A stretch of DNA of 64,000 nucleotides, from assembly GCA_973895155.1 (NCBI GenBank), contig OZ316892.1, positions 19,135,457 to 19,199,456 on the forward strand. The letters run 5' to 3'. Of the stretch, positions 27,074 through 40,282 are shown piece by piece. Source of the DNA: Marsupella aquatica. Taxonomy: Eukaryota > Plantae > Marchantiophyta. A model generated the notes under the pieces. The model saw nothing but the letters and a program-made list of their open reading frames with translations, searched no databases and was not told where the DNA came from. Made by a program: the position numbers and the translations under genes. Position 1 is the stretch's first letter, and the number at the start of each line of letters is the position of its first letter.

Positions 27074-27601
27074 CAGCTTTTTATTATACTACCCCCCAAA
27101 CTGGTAGTTATTAGGATACTGCCCCCAAAACTAATATATTTAGTATACTGCCCCCCCCCCCAAACCTTATCCCATCACTTTTAACCCGAGTACTTGATCA
27201 TTGCTGTGTTCCAATTGGCCAAAAAGTAACCATAGTCGATGACCAACCTTACCACAGTATCATCTTCGCCCGGGCTCAAGGCGCAACCGTGTTTGATCAG
27301 TGTGTATGGGGTCGAAACTGCGGCACTCGCATTGGGGATTGCGGCCTGAAGTGGTTCTGACCCCATACACAGTGATCGAACACAGTTGCACCTTGGGCCC
27401 GGGCGAAGAACATATTGCAATAAGGTTGACCTTAGGTCATCGACTATGGTTACTGTTTGGCCAATCGGAACACAGCAGTGGTCAAGTACTCGGGTTAAAA
27501 GAGATGGGATACGGTTTGGGGGGCAATATACTAAATATTTTAGTTTTGGGGGCATTATCTTAATAACTACCAGTTTGGGGGGTAGTTTAGTAAAAAAGCT
27601 G
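27074..27601. mobile_element. Mutator-type foldback MITE (528 bp)
   Basis: Almost entirely palindromic (cagctttttatt...aaaaaagctg), flanked by a perfect 10-bp TSD AATCAAATTA (27064-27073 and 27602-27611). Confidence 0.93.
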
Positions 27602-28171
27602 AATCAAATTAATACAAATAATTCACCTAGTTAAGGCACATTAAAATCAAAATACTAAACAAAAATATCAATAGGACAAAATATGAAATGTGGATTTCAC
27701 CTTATAGCAGCTTCATAATCCACTACTTCAAAAACAGGATTTACATTAGTGATTAGAATGTACTCCTGCTGATTAATTACCACCAAGAGCCCAGGACGAG
27801 AAAAACAGTTTCCACTACCAACTGTTTCCATAATGCCAAATCAAAGGGCATAATCAAACGCTGTATGTGTCACTAAATAAGAGGGTTAGGCCCACACTAT
27901 CTAATTTGTTGCCAAAGAAACGCTTATTAATTGGCATATCATCAATACTTTTCCCAGAAAGGTATAACCAACAAACCATTCCTCCATATACAAATGGTAC
28001 GCCAAAAGGTCCCCTGAAGATAATTCCCGACGAAAGGCAATCTCGAGGCTCATTAAGAGCCTCGGGTGCGCCTGCCCGCGCCTACTGCCCGCCCCCTCAC
28101 AAGTTTTTTGAATTTTACTTAGCATGAATGATCCCCACTTTTTGGGTGGGGTGAATGTTAAAAAGCATTCT

Positions 28172-28246
28172 TGTTGAATGCAGGACTCGAACCTGGCACC
28201 TCCCACTTCCCAAGTGAGGTGAGCTACCAGTGAGCCTTTCCCCAAT
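28172..28246 (-). mobile_element. tRNA-derived SINE head / tRNA pseudogene
   Basis: Minus strand: A-box-like ggctcactggtagct, anticodon-like arm ctcac-ttgggaa-gtggg, B box GGTTCGAGTCC. The acceptor stem does not pair. Confidence 0.65.
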
Positions 28247-31200
28247 TCGTGTCAACATGCATTCGCACCAGGCATTTAACCTAAAATTAGATCCAGCAAA
28301 AGCGGGCAGCGGGCAGCACGTACAGGGTAATCAATGCGAATTAGCATTAATTACCCTCGAGATTGGCTCTCGTCGTTAATTGAAGATACAACGTGCGAGG
28401 AGCTTTCAAGGGGAGACTCCAATCTAAGATACTATGTTGGGTCTCCAGCAGAGGAGTTTTTTATTCTATGGCACTGTGATATATTATATTGATAGAGTAT
28501 TGAGAATTTTGAACGGGCTATAAAGAACCATCTTGGAAATCAGAAGAGTGCTGGTTCCATGGATACCCCATATTATTGCATAAAATTCAGAATAACAAAA
28601 CTGCAAACCAGACGCACTGAATAAACGACAAGCAGTTCTTAACACAATTTTACTGGACTACCTTTCCTCCTTGTGGCAGCTTTTTCCCTCTACAAGAATG
28701 TCTAAACGCTGGGAGACAATATACCTACCGGAATGGTCGCACTCTGTATTAGTTTAACCCATCCCCGAATTACCCCTGAATAGAATTCCGCAATAATGCC
28801 TGAAATGAAGAAACTTGTGTGACAAACTACAGTAAATGTTAGCACACATTTGTGCCCCTGTAATGAGTGCTAATCTAATGTGCAGCCAGACGCCCACACC
28901 CGCGTTTCACGTTCTTGCGTTCTTTAATATGTCCGAACCTTGTGTACGTATCCTCCGATTAATTAATAATAAAGTTGTAAGAAGACGTTCTGTTTTTCTG
29001 TTATCACTCTGTCCTAAAAGATCCCCAAAGCGTCCACTTGGTCATTAATCAGCATCTACATTTACAGAAGTGCGGAGACTGCGAGAGGTCCCAGGAAGAG
29101 GGCCCGACCCCCTGCACGTATACGTGGTATGCACTTTGTGTAAGTGCATGAGAAATCATTGATGCACTAAAATTGCTTGGAAAATAACAAATGAACTAGG
29201 CAAACACTGTCGTGCCACATTCATCCCACTCCTCATACACTGGGCCCTCGTATTGTACCGTCAAAATGGATAACTGCATGGAACTATTACATGTAAACAT
29301 ACACCCACTTATCAATAAATGCTTCTAATGTACAAGCTTTCTAATGTACAAGCTGGATTAATCAGCTTCTGTCATTTAGTGGCGTGGAGTCGTGGAGAAC
29401 TGGAGATGTCATTATAGAATCTGCACGGGAAAAACTGTAACTTTAAGGGACTGCATTTGTACTTGATCGCCTGCTCCAGTCTGAGCCTGCACTAATCCAG
29501 ATATACAGAGTCCACTTCTGCACGGTGGAACGTACAAGGCAACGCAGTCAAGGACTCAAGGAACTATGTTTTTGACCCTCCGACGGGCGTGGTCGCGTCC
29601 GTGACTGACAAGGCACAGTTGGGCCGACTGGTCCACTCTACCGGCGTCCGAGTACAACAGACTGCACAGAACAGGGAGTAAGGGACGGTACCGGCTTACC
29701 GGGGAAGCCGGGGCTTGCTGTACCGGCGCCGAGCAGTACGTGCGCTGTACGTCGTCGATCGATCTCATCTGCCGGTCCTCCGTCACCAATGAAATGCGCT
29801 CCGTCCGTCTGTGCATCCGTCTGTGCAGGCCAGACCGGATGGAAACGCCGACCGATGGACGGACGGACGTTGCCCGTCTCTAACAGGAGAGACAGACATG
29901 ACCACAATACTATTTGCATTTCGGAGCCTCCGCCTTGCCAATGGCCCTACGAGCGAACGGACGGACGGGGTAAATAAGCTCCCGGAACTCGCACGTGCGC
30001 GTTCAGCGCCATTGGCACGATCACGTGTTGTATCTCCGCTATGTAGCACTAGCGAAAACATTGTGCGGTACTTACCATAAAATACCATAGTTTATAAGAC
30101 AATATGAAAAGTGGTATACATATAAATATTAATTATAATTATAATAAGCACAAAATAGCACACCTGTCATCGTTCTGCAAAACATGACTTCATATATGCT
30201 ACCCTTTGAGGGTGCCAGAGCTCACCATGGGAATCAAACAAAAGGTTTTAGGAGAGTGCTTAATCTATATCTATAGGATAATCTGTCACTGATCTCTACC
30301 CTTCATTCTTCTATGGTTAGGTTTGAAGTCCTGCAATTATCTGTTGATAAATAAAAATTAAATTTAAATCATATTTGTAAATAGATACTGCACAGGGAAT
30401 TTGGATAGCTGGAGCCCTTCCTGTGCATTTTGCAGGGTATCCTTGTTAGCGGTTATGATTGTAGAGTTTTTTTGAATTCACCAAAGCTTATAAACCAGGA
30501 CAAAAACAAAGTACAATGAAAGGCAAGAAAAAGTGGTCCAACAATATGGTGTGGGAGAATTTTGATTTAATGGGTTGACCTCAATTCGCCTGAATTTATC
30601 TATGGGATATTTAAATCATGCTTTTCATTAGAAACAAAAAGGGGAATTTGGATATGGGGAGCCCTTCATACCCAGTGTCCTGGTTAAGTCATAATTGTAG
30701 AGTGGTCCAACACTATGGTGTGGGTGATTTTCACTTACAAGTTGGGGGAGTATAGAGCTGTTAAAGGTGAGTTTGAGACCTTTTGCTAGACACTTGGAAG
30801 GTCTAGAAGAACTAACGATCTAGAAGGACTAACTGTAGATATGTGAGTAACAAACTAAAAGCTTTCCAAGGCCCATTCATTGCATTCACTTGTCAGCTAG
30901 CATCCTTTCATAAGATGAAGAACAAACAAACCAACAAGGCCCTTTGGTAAGACACTCTCCCCTCAATACACTAGTTCACATTTTTACTAGACAAGACCCC
31001 AGAAGTTGATGAAAAAGGAAATGAAGGGGAGCTGAATAACATTGTTATGCTCATATTGAGGCTCATATGGTTTGTTGGCCAACTAAAGGCATACAGGTCC
31101 TTTTAGATTAAACCCAGCTGGCCCTAAAGCAAAACCTTGTGGGTCCAAGCTATCAAAATTGGTTAGTAATGTTGCGAAGAAAGCAAACAAATGCACCATT

Positions 31201-32073
31201 TTGTCCTCCTCAAACCTGATGGACAGTGGCAAATCAACATGTGCAAAGCCAAAATGTTAGTATGACTAACAGGTGCAAAGGAACAGTTGACATAACAACC
31301 CAGTTTCTTATCTTTTCTAAATACACGTGTTACTCAAATTTGTTTTAGAGGCTGTGGAGATTATTGGTAGCCATCCACTGTTCTTAGCAACCATCCTAGT
31401 CAATCATGCCAGTATGTCAATGGCTATTTCCCAAGGATCCAAGTGGGGAAGCAGGGATCTAACAACCTTTGAGCAATCTATAAGCACAGATATATGAAAC
31501 CAATCTGAAACGGAAATGGGCAGGGGTTACAATTAATTGGAAGTGGCTTGCACATCAGTCTTGGTTGGAGTGGCTTGTTTTTGCTATCGAGTTTTACTTA
31601 TTACTGGAATGCTTTGAAAAAATAAGAATGGATGGAATGCTTGCTGGTGACACCTGATGTGGTGACAGCTGCCCCTTTTGAAAAACTTCACCAGATCTGT
31701 AGCTGGCTTCAAGAATGGAAATCCCCCATTATATTTTTGTATTTTTTCATCAATCATACAACTATAGTAAGAGCCAGTGGGCCCTTAAACCTATTGGGGG
31801 CCATTTAGTCTGGTGACTTTGGAAGGCAGAGAGTCTTTGTTCAATTAATTGCTTGATAAGGATCTCATGGTCATGGTTATCCACCAGTTTGGCAAGAAGA
31901 TTGCAGTCAACTCTACAATACCACTCAATAGAGTTGAGGTCAATCAAACTACCTAGGGATGTCAAAAATGGGACAACCCCGGGAACAACTTCGGGAAAAA
32001 ATGGAACAACCCTGGGGAAAAAAAAACTACCTAGGGATGTGAGGGTGGCTTAAGCATGAGATTCTTAAGAGAG

Positions 32074-32274
32074 ATTCACTTGATGGACCTCCAAAACCAA
32101 AGTTTCTCCCTAACCAACCTCATGAGATGTCGGGTATGTTGAAACCAAAGTTACTCCCCAACCAACCTCATGAGATATTCATTGGGTATGCTGATTTAAG
32201 GTCTATCAAAAGTCTGGATCACTCACAGGGTCCATCAAGTGACACTTTTCCATTTGGGGGTCCATCAAGTAAAT
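32074..32274. mobile_element. Small MITE, family shared with 38677-38823
   Basis: TIR ttcacttgatggacctccaaa / tttgggggtccatcaagtaaa; internal 35-bp tandem duplication; homologous to 38677-38823. Confidence 0.75.
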
Positions 32275-34365
32275 GTGTTGATTGTTACTCATAATATCTT
32301 GAATGCTTCAATGTCTGATTGCAATCTACACTGAATGATGTTCAACATTCAATCATAGAGCAACGCTGCCAAGCAACATTCCAGATTTTGACATTTCATG
32401 TCCTCATCTTTCATTAAACCTGTACATTACATTTACCTTTCTATGCAGATCTAAGGTACATTTACCTTAGATCTGCGGTTGTTATCTCAAGCATTGTAAC
32501 AACCGCAGATCATCATTGCCTTCCTACTGATTGCCTGCATCCAAGGATGATGAGCAAAGAGAGCAACGCTGCTTCATTTCTGTCCTGTTAAATTTTCCAA
32601 TTTTGTCAGAAACTCTCCGTCTATTCTCCCATGATGAAAGTGTGATTGATATTTTGCTTTGATTAAACTCAACTTCAGACAACCCATATGAGCTTGTTAG
32701 AAACAGAATCAAATCAGGTTTTCAATGTGCCAGCAATAACCTGATTTTGATCACAATGGTTGTCAGTTTTCCAAGTTTCCACTTTTGATTTGGACAACAT
32801 TGTTAAACAAATCTCTGGTTGCCTAACAATGGAATACTCATGTTTCCATCCATAACATGTCCTTGTATTTGGTTTGGGAGCATTGTTGAGTTTGCACCTT
32901 CCTTTTACACTGTCAAATCCCTCGGTCGATGGGGGTTGCACAAGACAGCTTCATGGTTGATCCAGGCTTTTTTTTAATCTGGTCAATAAGTATTTATTAT
33001 ATCTGGTCAATAAATATAATATTTATTGACCAGAGGAGAAACAGATTTTGGTGGAACCTGGATCCTCTGTATCTGTGTAGAATACTCTAAGCCGTTCCTC
33101 TGTATTTGTGTAGAATTCTTGAGTAAGTTCACTAAGTTGCTGTCTGTGACACTATCCCAAATCCCCATGCTGATGCACATGAAGTGCTACGTGTGTATCT
33201 GTACCAGGACTCCCCATGCTCAATCCTACTTGGACATCCTTGTCTCACTTGTAGACTTGATGTGTACCATTAGCTCACAGCATATTGCATAGTTATGTGA
33301 CTCTTTATCTTTTATTTATTTCACTTTAGAGGTTTTGGGAGTTTGCATTGAGTTTGGTGTTGTCCACTCTCACCTCTTATGTTTGAACTCTGTTGTACTT
33401 TGATTGACACTCTCGTTTGAGGCACTAAGTACCCCCTAATTTGCTGCTGCTCGGTGTCAATGGCCCATCCATATTGACCCTGCCTCATTTTGTTTTATTC
33501 AGATTTTACAGGTCGACAACTTTATGGGCCTGAAATTTTCCGGCCTTGCCCCTGGTTTTCCACATGAGAAGCTGTCAGGCCTGCTTGAGGAGGGGTTGCA
33601 GTTATAGAAATCTCAGTGATCATCTAGTGCCATATGTTCAGTAAAGGACCGCAAAGTAAAGGGCCCACATGCAAGACTGCCCTCAACCTCAGATAGGCTG
33701 TATCAAGGACCTCACCATACGTTCAATTGTCCCTCTTTAAGTGCACGCTCTATAGTCAAACACCTGGATAACTGCAAGGTGTGCCACCTTTCCGTTTTGT
33801 CTCGAGAGTTTGCACTTGCATTTTTGTGAGTGCAAGCATGCCCGCCAAAAAGCTTTGGCTAAAGAACCAATAACTAAGTAAATTCCACCCCTTGGTAAAA
33901 CACATAATTCTAACAAACATGCACTAATTCGTAAGTGCATGACAATATGCAAGGAGTTGAAAGTGCACATATGGAGTACGGGATTGAGTTTAGTAGTGTG
34001 ATGAAAAATTTAGGGTGTGAGTCACGAGGGGCCATTACACATAGAGGCAAATTAGCTCTTATCGATTTCACAATTCCATGTTCTTGCTCTTATCACTCGG
34101 TACAGATAGACTTTAAGTGCACACCGGACGCTTCTTCCCGAAAGTGTGCAGTTAGAGAGATTACTAGATTTCACATTGCTCGATCACCTAATTCACGTGA
34201 ATTCAATATCACTTCCAAAAGACTCGAAGACAATCAAGATACATACGCATTCATCATACACGTACGCCTCGCATGTACGTGATACGTTACGGCGTTCGAG
34301 TCATGTCACCCCACGGTAAATCTGCGTCCTTTATTGGTCGATAAAGTAATGACGATGCAAATCTG

Positions 34366-34409
34366 GAGACAGTATCAGAGTATCAGGGGACAAAAGGGGG
34401 ACAAAAGGC
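34366..34409 (-). promoter_or_regulatory. DR5-like auxin response element cluster
   Basis: Minus strand CCTTTTGTCCC-CCTTTTGTCCC (TGTCCC at 34398-34403 and 34387-34392, 5-bp spacer) plus a co-oriented TGTCTC at 34366-34371. Confidence 0.5.
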
Positions 34410-34933
34410 TGCCCGGGATTGTCATGAAAGGACTGCCGTACGTCCTGCCGTGCTAGTGCCAGGCAGGCAGTTGGCAAAAGCTTTTCCCCGGCCGGCAAGA
34501 TATTACTTTCCCGGCGTTCGATGGCATGTACGAACTGATTTCCATGTATGCCTTGCCGCCCTTTTCGCCATAGGGCAGGCGCTGCAGCTACTTCAGTACA
34601 TCCTGTTGGCTCACTTCGTAGGGGAACAACCTGAGGCCAAACTGGAGGACTAGGGTCGTCATTGGTCCTTCGCGACGACCCCTATGGCCCACACGCCACG
34701 ACTTTGCGCCACGGTCGGGGCAGGTAGGGCCGGGCAGGTGGAGCACGGCCGGGTGAGTTGCGATGAAATATAGAGTCCCAAATGCAGCGGCGCATCCCGG
34801 TCGGTGTGGATACAGTGAACACGGTAGCGTTCGACTGTGTTCCTTGAACCATCATTAAGAAAGCGAAATATATCGCACATATGAGTCAGGGTGCCCTTAC
34901 GTTTTTCCCTTTGTTTCTTGCAAGGAACACTTA

Positions 34934-35317
34934 GGGCCGTTTTGCATGTACATCTGCCCTCAAGAATGAGGCCTTTCACAAAGCGAAACTTACACAGAAT
35001 CAGGGATTTGGCTTAACAACTCGATCCTCTCCTGTGTTACGTGTTGGATGTGCTGAGGGGCTCGTGTCCACCTCTGTTGTTATGTGCCGCTTAGTTTACC
35101 GGGAGCAATAGAGGGGATTGAGGCTGCCATTGTCGTATGTGCAGATCAAAGGTCGGGACTGTGAAGGGCCGCAAGGTTTGCGTGCCTTGCCCTTCCAAGT
35201 CCTAGTTTAGTGCCATCAAGACTGCCTCGTTCAGGGGGCAGTTTTGTTCACTCAGGGGCTGCCACCGTTTGTCTGAAAGGCCGTTTTTTGAAGGACCGTC
35301 TACATGCAAGACGGCCC
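34934..35317. mobile_element. PIF/Harbinger (Tourist-like) MITE
   Basis: TIRs GGGCCGTTTTGCATGTA / TACATGCAAGACGGCCC with 3-bp TSD TTA (34931-34933, 35318-35320). Confidence 0.9.
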
Positions 35318-36803
35318 TTATCAGTTAGGGTGACTTTCAATGTGCCACTTGATGCATAGAAAACCAATCTATATATAAATGTTGGAGTTTAGGGTGGCTT
35401 AATGAGAAGTCGGGCCCCTTGTTTCTTTTATTCTCTACTAGCCCATGCTTTGCGTATATTGTGAAAATTAATGTTTTCAAAGCATCATGGGGAGATGGCC
35501 AGTAGTATTGTGGATGACTATACCTGTCGAGCTGAAGTGCTTTCAAGCATCACTGAAATCGCTAGGAAGTCAAACACCATAGGGATTTGGCTTAGCAGAT
35601 TTTAAAGGTGTGGGAAAAGTGCTGGCTTGGGCATGGAGAAGATATAACTCATGATAAGGAAAAGATGGGTTGGTCCAACTCATGGTTAAGGTAAAAGGTC
35701 ATCACAATCCTAACGAGGCTTTCCGCTATAATGTCATTTTGTAAACAGACCATGAGAAATACAGAATGACTACTATGAGAAAGAAATAACATAATTGGAT
35801 ATTATAAGTTTTAGATGAGATTAAGTTTGGACTATATAATGAATGGAAATGGATGCAATTGGCTTGACAACTTGGGCCCATGTAAGTATGGTGTCGACCA
35901 ATACTACTTGGCAAATAGTGGGCCCAAGAAAATGCTTATGTGCTATTTTGTCTAGAATTTCTTGTAAAGCCACTGTCACCTTCAACTCTCATTCCATTAC
36001 ACCTGTAACCCGCTCCTTAGTTTTCTCAATTCCATGTTAGAGCAGGTTGAACCAGATCTCAGACCAACCAAAGAGCTCTTTGGTCATACAACTTGAGCAA
36101 ATCTTTGCCACCTCTGTATTTTCTACCACAAAAGATATCCCTACTTCTGCAATTGTGAGATTTGAGGCCCCCCTACACGACTCACAGTTCTGACTCACTA
36201 TTTGAATGCATCCCAATCATGTGTGGCAGTCTGAATACCCTTGTAACTTAAAAATAAGTGATATGGAACTAATGACATGTGACATATGTGAGCCTTTCCT
36301 TCCATATGCATCCTTTATAACTCTTCTACGTGATATGAGAGTTTTAGACGTGAGGCCCCTATGTCAATGAGCGTGTCCAAATAAGTTATGCTGGTGATGA
36401 ACAGCCATAGGCCTGCACCACTCATGGGACACAAAATGCTTCATGCGTTGTCGAGAACCAGATGCATGTGCACCTTTTCACCTTTGATGCCAGTGCCTAA
36501 TTCCTGGACTACTTTGTAGCGATAGCTATCCTGATGCCCACAATAGTGATCTTATTCAACTGAAGATCAAATAACTTAGATGTCTTCAAATACAAGCATT
36601 GTGCCATAGCAAAGGAGAGATGAGAAGAGAAAATAACTTTACATCATATCAGAAAATTACAAAAGAGGTGCGGGTTAGGCTAGCCAATACTGAGTTGCCA
36701 CATGGCAATGGGAACTCTTATACAAGTTAATACTGACCCAAATACAAAATGGGAGACGGGTTAAAAATTAATTTTGTGTTGGGAGCACGTTAATAATACG
36801 GGG

Positions 36804-37049
36804 TAGTACTCTCTTAGGATAGCATTCTATCCTCCTTGGGGTCCTCCCTCCCTCTCTCTTCCGCCTCCTCCCTTCTGGGGGTTGGGGTGGAGGTCACCCT
36901 TCATCTTCACTGGGTGTGCTCCTTTTATTGCCCCCTTAATTGCTCTTGTTCTTTCCTGCCTCTCCTCCCAGGCAGGCTTTGTTTTTCCTCTGGTTCTCCT
37001 TGGAATAAAGTTTCATAAATAAATAAATTATAAATAAATAAATTAAAAA
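36804..37049 (+). mobile_element. Short retroposed insertion (truncated LINE/SINE)
   Basis: Ends in AATAAA plus a (TAAA)n/A tail; flanked by 12-bp TSD AATAATACGGGG (36792-36803, 37050-37061). Confidence 0.85.
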
Positions 37050-38676
37050 AATAATACGGGGGACAAGTTAGTAAATAGCTGTAAAGGAAAAAGGACCCAT
37101 TTACAAAAAAATGGCCAACAAAGTACAACTTACTAAAAGCAAAAGAGGTACAGAGGAGAAAAGTCAAAAGAAGAGCACAAACTCACACCCCCACAACCTA
37201 GAAAGAATATATCACATTGCTAAAGAACCAAAAGTGCCAAACCAGGGGACAGAATCACAAAGACAAGAGACCCAATAAAGCACAGACAACATGGGAAAAC
37301 CCTAGAAAGATAGGAAAAAACAAGAATACAGGGATCCATGATGGGGGTATCATTTGCATGTACTTTTAATATTAATGTTAAGCTTTACACCCATGTCACT
37401 TTTTGAGGTGTTATGTCTATCTATCTATACCTATACTATTGTTCACATCTAAGTTTATTATTAATGACCTATTGCTTAGATTGAGGCTGTAGGCCCGAGT
37501 TTCTCTTGTCACACGAAAAAAGGTTGTTAAAACTGACTACGCTTGTGACTAGCCAAGGGCATGGGAGTAGTGTGTGTGTGTGTGTTGGGGGGGGGGGGAT
37601 TCCTTGTGCACATGCATCTTAGCCAGTTTAGAGAATTGGCCAAAACTCTAATTCAGACATAAGACCAGTTTTGGTGATCAGTGTATGTGCCTGTCTCCAG
37701 TCAACTACTATGGATACATGGTACATGTTCAGTTCTGGACTAATTTGGGTGTTGCCTGGAATCAGTGTTTTTACGTCATTAACCTTGGTAACCCTAATTT
37801 GAGAGTGAGACCAGCAGATAATAACACAAATTTCCCATTTGTCAAGTCCTACAATTCTTGTGCTATTGCAGTCTCTGCTACCATCACTTTCGCAAGTCGT
37901 GCAACCAGCGTTCATTGTTGAGAGTGCAAGAGAAGGAGATTGAATCAGCTTGCAAACTTCAAAGTGCCATTCATCCACCCCCTTCTATGAACCATCAAGT
38001 CAGATGTGTGATGAATTGGAGACTTATGGTGGACATGAACATGACGGCCATCTTGATTATGGACACCACGGTCACAAAGAAAATATTGCCAAAGCAATCT
38101 CGGGAGCAAAGCACACTCTAAAGCAATATGAACAAAACCAAAAACACATCATTTGATGGCTGCTCCTCTGATTTCACTTTGTAGAGTCTCCCTGCTTCAG
38201 CAAAGAGCAAATTGAGCAGTAGCAAGGGTGCACAATGTATTGCTGTGGGGTCTAATAAATAAGTGTATTAGCTAATCCAATATGTTCTCTCTTGCTCAAG
38301 ATTTTGCTCACGATGCAAATGTGCGCCATGTGTCTGGTCTATGTCTCCTTTGATTGTATCAATTGATCTTATTTTGGGCCAAGCTACACTCCAAATAGTG
38401 TTATGCACAAACGGATCTAGTATTACCCTAAAGTTACTTGATGTGCAAACTATTATTGTTACAGTGATAACATTGGTGACTTTGATTGATAGCATAATAT
38501 GTGAAAGTCTTACCAAGACCAATTAGTGTGAACACTTAATATATGACAATGGGTCCTGGCTGCACTCTTTACACATGTTGGCCATGTGTCTGGTCCCTTC
38601 CATCTGCCCTTGGATTGACTCCCCACAACATCCAATCCCTTAGTATGTTCAAGAATCATGCAGTATATTAGTGACG

Positions 38677-38823
38677 TATATGCTTGATGCCCCCCCAAAA
38701 TGAGAAGTGTACTTCATGGGACCCCTGAGTGATCCATACCCTTGATAGACCTTAATCAATGCATCTGACCCTCAGGGGTCTTATAAGTAACACTCTTACA
38801 TTCTGGGGGCTCATTAAGTAAAC
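38677..38823. mobile_element. Small palindromic MITE, family shared with 32074-32274
   Basis: cccccaaaatgagaagtgtacttcatgggacccctgagtgatcca matches the reverse complement of the right part of the 32 kb copy; self-complementary ends. Confidence 0.7.
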
Positions 38824-40019
38824 CTTCAGATCACATATCAGAATTACACTATTTACAGTACACTGTAAACCTGCTTACTTAGGCCAGGCATCTCGATTCC
38901 CTTTACTGCTACTCCGTTATATTTCTTCTCCCCATATTTCCAGGGCCGTACTCAAAATTTTCCAGAATTTGCAAGATTGATGGGTCCCATTAGCCAGTTT
39001 TGCCAGAATTTAATACATCTCCCTGCCTTAGAATAGAATAAAAATAAGTAAGGAACACTTCTAAAGATACATAGAACACTTGTGATATTTCCTCTTTTCA
39101 CAGAAGATGAGAGGTGATGAAAAAAAAACCTCAAAAAATAAGCTGGTGCCATATGGAGAACGGGAACAACTGCAATGTGGTGTAAATTTTGTGTGTATGG
39201 AACCTGGAAGGAATAGAAAGACTATAGGAAGGAAAGTAAAACATTTGCACTGTACTGAAGAAGGATGGTGACAATATTATTCCACTAAACTGCACTTGGT
39301 AAATGCCTGGCTGCCTGTCTTTGTATGCCTGACCATTCAATACCGCCTGCCTTAGTGAGTGCTGCCCATTGAGTACAAAGGTGACTCAAACATGTGGTCA
39401 CATTTGCAAATGCTATCTATGGTGTCATTACGGACTCATTCTTAATCCGGATTTCCTAGATTTATACATGACCGTCACTTTATGAGTAATGGCGTACGTG
39501 GTTAGATGTGAAAAGGGGAGACACAAAACCTAGCGAATTTTTGGCAAAAGTTGCCAGAACAGGCTGACTGAAGCGCCACAAAAAACTCGATGCTACGAGA
39601 GACCCTCACTGGATATACTAGGTGGATTCTTCTGTTTACTACTGTACTACTTTATTCATTGAAATTTAGTCAGCCTTGTCAACCACTACTTGTCAGCCCT
39701 GCCCTGCCCTGCCCGAGTGCCAATCCCTGGCCTAGTGGCCTACCCTACATCATCAGTAGTACAAACTACAAAGATCATCGTCCTTGTTCCCGATGCGGCT
39801 CACGCATGTCCGATTTATGACACGGTGCAAAAAAGCGACGCGGCGTAGCTCGGAATTGTGGACTGCGATGAAAGAACGGGACAGCAGAAAAGCATGGTGC
39901 AAGTGTGTGAGCTCGTTGGGCAATAGGAGTGGAAGAGTTCAGGTGCCATGTTTTTGCATGTGAACATCAACGTGAGTGACTTGTCGGTATCGATAGGGAA
40001 AGTGGGAAAAGTAGTGGGG

Positions 40020-40282
40020 TAGCTGATGAGATGCCGACGAGAGACAATTAGACATGGAGAGGAAGGTTGCATTGGAGGGTGGGAGAGATGGCGCAGAATT
40101 CCGAAAAAGGGATTTCTCATGGCCAGCATCAGATTCGCAGTCAGTCATCATGGCAGATAGCTGATGAGATGACGACCATAGACAATTAGACATGGAGAGG
40201 AAGGGTGCATTGGAGGGTGGGAGAGAACCCAGAAAGGGTATTTCTCATGGCCAGCATCTCGATCAGATGCACAGTCAGTCAT
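40020..40282. repeat. Tandem duplication, two ~130-138 bp units
   Basis: tagctgatgagatg...agacaattagacatggagaggaagg.tgcattggagggtgggagaga...atttctcatggccagcatc...cagtcagtcat occurs twice. Confidence 0.92.

Noticed and set aside
28172-28246. Functional tRNA-Pro gene
   Set aside because: The acceptor stem cannot form and the T-stem is imperfect; treated as SINE head or pseudogene.
39304-39329. Second miR160-like string TGCCTGGCTGCCTGTCTTTGTATGCC
   Set aside because: Mismatch at position 10, a 6-nt insertion, no evident star arm, and low-complexity TGCC context; likely chance.
40020-40282. Tandem C/D snoRNAs (TGATGA in each unit)
   Set aside because: No properly placed terminal CTGA D box or recognisable rRNA guide.
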